The translations under genes and the position numbers were made by a program. From the human T2T-CHM13v2.0 reference genome, Homo sapiens, in NCBI RefSeq assembly GCF_009914755.1, contig NC_060929.1: a DNA stretch of 64,000 nt. One strand, 5' to 3'. This document shows positions 57,075 to 64,000 of the stretch, one piece after another (the stretch's first letter is position 1; each line of letters starts with the position of its first letter). Below the pieces are notes generated by a model that was not told where the DNA came from, did no database searches, and was given only the letters and a program-made list of their open reading frames with translations.

Positions 57075-57740
57075 CCTCAAACAATTTGTTGTATCACTAA
57101 GATATTATTACATTCAACAAATATTGAATAAATGACTACTGTATGCCAAGGTTTGAAATAGGTAGAGGAGCTATCATAATGAATAAGACAAGTTCTCTCA
57201 GGAAGGTCACAGCCTGGTGGACAGCACAGATAATAGGCATTACACAAACACAACATCATAATCAATGTGCATGTGATACTATGGGATCACAGCCTGTAGA
57301 TTAGAGAGACATTTAGAGGGGGAGACAGCTGAGCTGAAGCTAGTTGTTTTCCAAGCAGAGAAAGACAAGGTCATTCCAGGCAAGGAAATAAGGGCAAACC
57401 ATCATGAAAGAGCATAGTGTATCTGGAAAAAAAAAAACAAAAACATATAATTCTATGTGGCTAGAACATTGGGTACATGTTGGGAAGACACAGAGATGAG
57501 GTTGCAAAGCAAACCGTGTTCAACTTGTGAAGGACATTAAGCGGCATGCTAAGGAGTTGAGACTTTCATTTTGCAGTGAGAGACCAAAAAAGGGTTTTCA
57601 AGCAACGTACTGACATAATCAGATTTGTATTTTGTAAATGGAACTCTGGCAGCCACATGGAGGAAGAATTGGCAGGGGGAGGCTGGAGTCAGAGAAACCA
57701 GTTAAGACTCTAATTCAGAAGACCAAATGAGAGATGATTA
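57075..57740 (-). mobile_element. L2
   Basis: CATTCAACAAATATTGAAT...ACTGTATGCCAAG...GGCATGCTAAGGAGTT...GACATAATCAGATTTG. Confidence 0.75.
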
Positions 57741-58372
57741 TCATAAACATGTTTCTGCAAGATAATCTGACACCCACCGGCCCATAAAGACAATGTAATG
57801 TGCCTTGACACTTCTGGCTTCTTCCCAATCTGCACCCACATATACCTAGTTCCCTTTAGGTTTTTGACCTTTGATTCCAGATTATGTCCCTTTACATCTG
57901 CTCTTTCTGGCTTCTAAGCTCAATTCCTCCATCAAATTTCTTTCTCTTTCTTGCCTCACAATGGATGCACTCAGAGATCAAATCCCTTGTAAATACCTGG
58001 TATCTGACTCTCAGTCTAGACTTTACCTGAACTCAATCTTCTGAGCTGAGGGATAATAGCCCACTCACCCTGCTATTTTTCTGTGTTGGATGACAGGAGA
58101 TCTAGACATTGACTAGCTACTGAATTTATCCAACCCATTCCTAGCTTTTTAAACTCAATGACTTCACCCACATAGCGTGCCATGGGCTGGAAAAGCTCCC
58201 ATGGGAAACACAGATGAGGTATTGACTACTATACCAGCTCTTACAGCCCTGGACTGGGTGTACAGTGCTGATGAAAGTGACTCACTCAAGAATGAAAAAA
58301 TTTCCCAAAAGAATCTAGACAGATTCTTGTAATTAGCACTGCCACTCAGGAAAACTTTCCTAGATCTTAGGT

Positions 58373-58590
58373 CAAGCTTGTCCAGCCCATGGCCCACAGG
58401 CTGCATGTGGCCCAGGATGGCTTTAAATGTGGCCCAACACAACTTTGTCAACTTTCTTAAAATGTTAGGAGTTTTCAGCTGTTTTTTTTTTTGTTGTTGT
58501 TGTTCATCAGCTATTGTTAATGTTAGTGTATTTCATGTGTGGCCCAAAAGAATTCTTCTAATGTGGCCCCCTAAAGATCGGACACTCCTG
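58373..58590 (-). mobile_element. MER30 (hAT-Charlie MITE)
   Basis: CAAGCTTGTCCA...GGACACTCCTG termini; perfect 8-bp TSD TCTTAGGT. Confidence 0.93.
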
Positions 58591-58999
58591 TCTTAGGTTA
58601 AAGCCAAGTGAAGTTTAAAAGATCTTACAATGACACAGAAGGAGCTAACACCCTGGGTTAAGATGGATTTCTCAGAAACAAACAAATAAACAAAAGGTGC
58701 CACTGGAAGAGTCAATCCTAAATCAGGCAAAGGATACAAACCTCAGAGCCCCAGAGGAAAACATTGTGGCTTTCCTGAGGAATCAAGAGATAGCGAAAGC
58801 TGAAATGGGTGTTGTCAGCCATGATGATCTCATCTTCTGATATAAAGAATCAACAGTTTATTTGGCTGAGTCACAAGCCACAACACTCAAACTTGAATGT
58901 GAATGCAAAGACATATTTATTGGCACAAAGCCATTCTCCCTCCAGCCTAAGCTGCTTTAAGAGAAGGTGTGATTAGGGGTGTGGCTGAGGTCTCTTTGT

Positions 59000-59900
59000 C
59001 TCTAATGGCTAGATATACCTGTTTGAGTATGCTGAGGAATTTCAGGGAGATGAACTCAAACTTTTATGGTTCTGTTGCATACAGGTGCCCAATTTATCAT
59101 CCCATCAGTTCCATGAAGGATGGGGACACCATGATTCTACTGATAAGAGTTATACAGAACCCACAGTAATAAAGGAAAGCTAATGTGATTTTATTGGTGG
59201 GGCCTTTTGGACTAATTTAATGTACTATTATTGTTACTTCTAAACTTGAAACTACAGCAGAAATTGATGTGTTATTTACTTGTACTTCCCTGTTCCATAA
59301 GTGATGGAAGGAATTCTCCTATATGGGAAGAGCAACATGTAGAAAAACGCTAGTTTAAATCAGCCATCTCTCTGGCCCATTCCAAGCAGGGCCCCCAAAC
59401 CATAATGACCTCTACAAGCTACAAGTCTGTGTAACTGATGATTTTGCCTATTGGAGTCTCTGGCAAAGGGAACCTTTACTGAAAGCTTCCATCTGGAAGC
59501 GCATCTGTGGTTTTACACTCATCACTTTACTGACATGGCTACTGGGTACATCCCTTTTGGAAGTACCAATTAGCTTTCTACTGGGCTTACCCTTCTCTTG
59601 GTGGCTATCAGTGGTTTCTCTCCTCCACTGACATCCTCACAGTTTCTGGTGTTAATTGCACCAGTTCCATCAGCCAACTCAGGTCATACCATTGGGCCAT
59701 TGAAACTAGTCTATGGCATGTCTTCAGTTTTTTAGTCGATCTGGAGTCTGAAAATGCATGGCTTTTATTACAAAAGCCACTCAACAATGGGCTGGTTGTC
59801 AACATATTTGATGGGCTTTTCGCTCTTCTCATCATCCACAGGCATCCTGTATCAGGGCATGTTGGAACATCCTTCTCAAAAAACAATGCCAAAGGATTTT
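59000..59900 (+). pseudogene. Retroviral pro/pol remnant (protease, RT connection domain, integrase core)
   Basis: LL(H)TGAQ at 59072-59092; LQVCVTDDFAYWSLWQ at ~59419-59466; GGYQWFLSSTD and FITKATQQWAGCQHI*WAFRSSHHPQAS...WNILLKKQ; stops and frameshifts. Confidence 0.8.
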
Positions 59901-60563
59901 TGACTCTACCACTCTTTCCTCCCACCGGTTCACCCACTTGTGCAAGACAGTTTGTTCACTGTAGGTGGCTGTCCCCAGAAAGGAATCATCTTCTCTCAGC
60001 CTCTTCCTGAGTTATAACTAAAATGAAAGCAGTATGGGTATTATCCAGATCTGTTTTAAAAATTTGAGGTTCTATCCTGATCATTCCTGGACACAACACT
60101 TCTTTCTTTCTGTTAATGGCAGCCTCAGGGAAGTCTGGTTGGCACGCCCTCAAGATAGCTGCCAGACAAAAAGGGCCTAGAGAATAAAAACTTATTTCTG
60201 GTGCCACTATCTGGCCCTCTTGTGGGGTTGACATCCCCCACAAGATAAAGGTCACTGGGTTGAGTACACTGCTTGCTGAGTGGCCCACGTAGGCCAAGTG
60301 TAGGACAAAGGGTCTCTATGAGTGTTATAAGAACGCTTTCTACCTTCTGGATGTATTGGAACCTTCTGGACGAAAGGTCTAAGAGTGAGTAGGAAATGAT
60401 TTATAACAAAGTGAAGTTACTCTTACGGGAATGGAACATAAAAACTTTGTGGCAGTGGAGGTAGAGCCACAACCCTGGCCTCTGGGGAAGGAAAACCTTA
60501 GACCTCAGTAGGTACAGAGGAAAAAAGGACATTAATGAGCTATGTCTTTCAAAACCACCCTGG

Positions 60564-60876
60564 GGCTGGGTGTGGTGGCTCAACCCTGTAATCCTAGCAC
60601 TTTGGGAGGCCGAGGCAGGCAGATCACTAGAGCTCATGAGTTAGGGACCAGCCTGGACAATATGGCGAAACCCCACCTTTACAGAAAAACAAACAACAAC
60701 AACAACAAAACATTAGCTGGGGGTGGCATGAGCCTGTAGTCCCAGCTACTTGTGGGTCTGATGAGGTGGGAGGATTGCTTAAATCTGGGACGAGCTTGCA
60801 ATGAGCGGACATAGCATCACTGCACTCCTGCCTGGGTGACAGAGTGGTACCCTGTCTCAGAACACAAACAAACAAA
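60564..60876 (+). mobile_element. AluJ inserted in the ERV
   Basis: Dimer; TSD AAAACCACCCTGG / AAGACCATCCTGG. Confidence 0.93.
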
Positions 60877-60879
60877 AGA

Positions 60880-62126
60880 CCATCCTGGAGGCTTCCTCAG
60901 GAAGGAAAATGCAATAGTGTGGCTCTCCCTATAACCATTGCAAGCACTTTAAATAACTTCTGTGTCTGTCATTCTCTACCAGATGGTTCTGACCCCAATA
61001 CAGTTACTATTTCCCTTAATTTTACTGAGAAATCTTAGAAACAACAGGGGAAGGTCTCAGCTGCTACGCTTTCCAGGCAAAATGCCTGATAGCATCTCTG
61101 AATCTCTTTACCACTCCCATTCCCATAGCCAATACGCAGTCATTCCATGGTAGGACAAATGCCACCCAGGTGGTACCTTGGACAAACGGGGCAAGTTGGA
61201 CTCTTCAGGAAGTTCCTCCAAAATCAAGGATTAGACTCAATCACTCTAAATAAGAGTAGAGCCCTAACCTGGCTTGGAGGCCACATTGGAAGCAGTGTTC
61301 ATCTGTCCCTGACTAATGTAGCTCCCGCCAGGCAGGCTCCAATGATTACAAATAAGAATTACTTCCCCAGGACTGTACTACTTGTGCAGAAGTCAGAAAT
61401 GGACTTGCTTCCCTCTTTAAAACACTGTTTTGTACCTTAAAGGTGTTCATAAAAGACCTGAAAATGTTTAAAGAAAAACCACCTATACATCACGTAGCCC
61501 TCAGATGACTGTGAAAATCTCTCCAAAATGAGGTTACTTTTAGTTACTCAAGGAAAATCCTCAGAGGGATAACTGACTTGTTATTTATGTGCACCCTCAG
61601 GACAGTTTATCCTACAATGGCAATTATTCCATGAGAAAAGCCAATACAAAATGTTTTTCTGACTTTACCTAAACTGATCAATGATACTACTTTAGCGCCA
61701 AAAGGCATTTAGGTCAGTCTCAATTCACTTTCCAGGGTTGTTATGAATGACAGAATCATTCTAGACTTTTCTCCTTGCAGACCGAGGTAAAATCTGTTCA
61801 TCACTAATAAATCATACTGTATCTGGATTAATGCCTCAGGCCAAGCAATTTAGGGAGAAAACCACTTGATTTTCTACAGTAAATACTGATGGTTTATGGG
61901 ATTTGTAGAGTTAGTTGGGTTTGATACCCTGGGGACAGGATTGAGGTCAGTACTGCAGGATGGCCTCATCCTATTGTTTGAAGTTCTGATGGTGGTAACC
62001 TTAATTAAATGCTATCTAAGACTACTTGAACAGATTTGGTCCCAGCCTCTGTCAGTAAGATTGATCAGCGTGGCTGATGGAGTGGCATACTCATGGGAAA
62101 ACTCATTAGAAGCCAAGGCAATATAG
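60880..62126 (+). pseudogene. Retroviral env remnant (gamma-type)
   Basis: SU-like NNFCVCH; TM heptad/ISD VSLNSLSRVVMNDRIILDF-LLADRGKIC-ITNKSYCIWINASGQ; anchor LILLFEVLMVVTLIKC. Confidence 0.8.
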
Positions 62127-62143
62127 AAATATGCGGTGGGTAT

Positions 62144-62619
62144 TAGTGGGAGACAATACTCCATAGGTCCCTTTTGTTTCTGCATGTCTTTGAGCAGAGG
62201 CACTGAATTCCTTTGTTTCAGACTATAGTTTTGAGATATTTGTTTATGTTTATGCAGCAAACAGTCTTGGAAGATAGAGATGGTGTCTCCCTATAGGGCA
62301 AAGGGTAGGCAGTTTTACTCCCTGTTATAAAAGATTCAAATTCCCTAAGCTCAGGCTCCTCTCCTGTAACATCAGCCTACTGAATGCAGATGTCACCTGA
62401 CTTTTTTTGTGTTGCCCTGTGGGAACTGGAGTAGAAAACTAGAGCAAATGCCAGGAGATTCTAGAGCAAATGCTGGGAGATACTAGCTACTGCTATTGCC
62501 ATGAGTAATTAAGTATTTAATCCTAACTCAGGAGTCTTATGTCTTCTGTCAGCATCCATGAAGTAAACTTGTAAAATTATAAGTAAGATAAAATTTCACA
62601 TACTTCACAGTTCTTAACA
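62144..62619 (+). mobile_element. 3' LTR (LTR47-like, ERVL)
   Basis: GGGAGACAATACTCCAT...GAGCAGAGGCACTGA...TTGGAAGATAGAGAT.GTGTCTCCC...TTCCCTAAGCTCAGG; ends CAGTTCTTAACA; purine-rich PPT-like GCGGTGGG just upstream; internal 22-bp tandem repeat at ~62439-62484. Confidence 0.75.
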
Positions 62620-62989
62620 GCTACCCTATGGCAACTAGGGAGATTCATTATCAAATACCATGGCTCTCTTTAGTTCTGTCATTGATCTCTCTGATGCTTC
62701 CAAAAGTAGAACCATACATTTTGTAGTTGAAGCACCAAGATATGAAATAGTTATTTTCAAACTAATAATATTTTAAGTGCCAGAAAAGATCAACATCAGG
62801 CCATAGACTAATTAAGAAAATGGCAAATGCAGTAATATTTGGAAACATATCCAAACAAACTATTTTACACTCTCACAATATATTCCAGCTATTGAAGCCA
62901 TCCCTTCCTCTTTGGGTACTTTTAAAACTTATGCAGATAATTAGCAGAATGTAATTGAAAAAATGTAGGGTGAAATATTATGAAACTTG

Positions 62990-63090
62990 AGTTGAAGAGC
63001 CAGTTTTGCCCATTACTGGCTGTGGAACCTTGGACAGATTACCTCCCACTGCTTTGCATCTCAGATTATTCATCTTTAAGATGTGTATTG
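62990..63090 (+). mobile_element. MIR
   Basis: ATTACTGGCTGTGGAACCTTGGACAGATTAC...CTCAG...CATCTTTAAGATG. Confidence 0.65.
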
Positions 63091-63609
63091 GAGTGGGAAA
63101 AATGAATTCATTTTGGTAGATAATTTTTCCCCCCAGTTCTTATTTTCAGTGAATAGTAGGAAGAATTTATAGCCAAGTGGGGAATTATGAAGTTTCTTTT
63201 CCTCCCTATGTTTGCTTTAGCAGGAGGTTCAGACCAGGAATAAAGATTTTTACAACTGTCTACTTTTCTTTGCACATGTAAGCAAGATCTGTTTTAACCT
63301 TCTTTGAATTTGGGTTCACATTCCAAGAAGGCACCTCCTATGAAATGAAATGTAAGAGAGGAACATTCCTTGCACAGAAGGTCTTTTTATTTGCTGCTCT
63401 CACCACACACATCCATCTTTCCTGTGGCCAGCATATTACACAAACAGGAAAGTTAGTTGATTTCCTATTCAATACATGACACAACTTTGCCAAGGTCATG
63501 CTGCCCTTGCCAGGGCTAGCCACAGAAGGAACACACCCATTCACTTGGACTATCATAGGATTTTTTTTCTGGGCACAGTGCAGTAGCTATAAAATAATTA
63601 TTAGTCTAA

Positions 63610-64000
63610 TTTGTTCATTCATTTGTCTATTTGAGTAAAGTTTCTAGGACCTACCACAGCCAGCCAATAGGAATAGTAATAGTATTAATAAGACCTTATA
63701 CCTGCCCACAAGGATCTCGCAATCGCCTGAAGGAGGCATTATCTACCAACAGATAATTATTATACAGCCAGATACAGGCTAAAATTATAAAGGTAGGGGC
63801 ATGAACAGCTCTTCTATAAAAGGCTTCTCAGGGGAGGAAATCCTTGAGCTAAGATTTAGGGGGTTCATAGGTAAAACTAAGTAGACAAAGAATGAGGATA
63901 TTCAAGCAAAAGAAAGAGCATATAAAAGCAAGGGAGGTCAACCAAGATAGAAGATCAGATACTTTAATAAGGCTGGAACATAGGTTACTTGTAACCTTAA
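63610..64000 (-). mobile_element. L2
   Basis: TTCATTCATT tail...CCTGCCCACAAGGATCTC...AAGGCTTCTCAGGGGAGG...TTGAGCT. Confidence 0.7.

Larger units (their letters stand above)
57750..62143 (+). mobile_element. Decayed ERV internal region (ERV-L-type gag/pro/IN plus env; possibly ERVL47-int-like)
   Basis: Hand translation gives gag-like FLRNQEIAKAEM, protease QTFMVLLHTGAQ, RT-connection YWSLWQ, integrase TQQWA...HHPQAS, and env TM motifs; 5' boundary uncertain. Confidence 0.8.

Noticed and set aside
60880-62126. Env as a domesticated syncytin-like gene
   Set aside because: Multiple stops and frameshifts plus an Alu insertion; no intact ORF.

Overview
Primate (very probably human) AT-rich, repeat-dense intergenic or intronic DNA. 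I found no convincing protein-coding exon, RNA gene or CpG island. The supplied ORFs are chance ORFs or translations of Alu, L1 and LTR remnants. Roughly half the window is recognisable transposable-element debris: about 15 Alu/FLAM copies, old L1M/L1P, L2/MIR, MaLR LTRs, ERV solo LTRs (LTR12, LTR10, MER67-like, MER31), and hAT/Tigger DNA transposons, often nested and with visible target-site duplications (TSDs). Most notable: (1) a decayed ~4.9 kb provirus at 57.7-62.6 kb combining ERV-L-type gag/pro/integrase with a gamma-type env and apparently lacking RT and RNase H; (2) an LTR12 solo LTR inserted into an Alu, with five CCAAT boxes and a perfect splice donor just downstream; (3) a perfect 26-bp hairpin with a template-switch signature at 42.3 kb; (4) several local templated duplications; (5) a few candidate non-coding exons. 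Repeat subfamily names come from my recollection of consensus sequences and need RepeatMasker/Dfam confirmation. I see no strong evidence of a wholly new biological system, and the locus is not identified.
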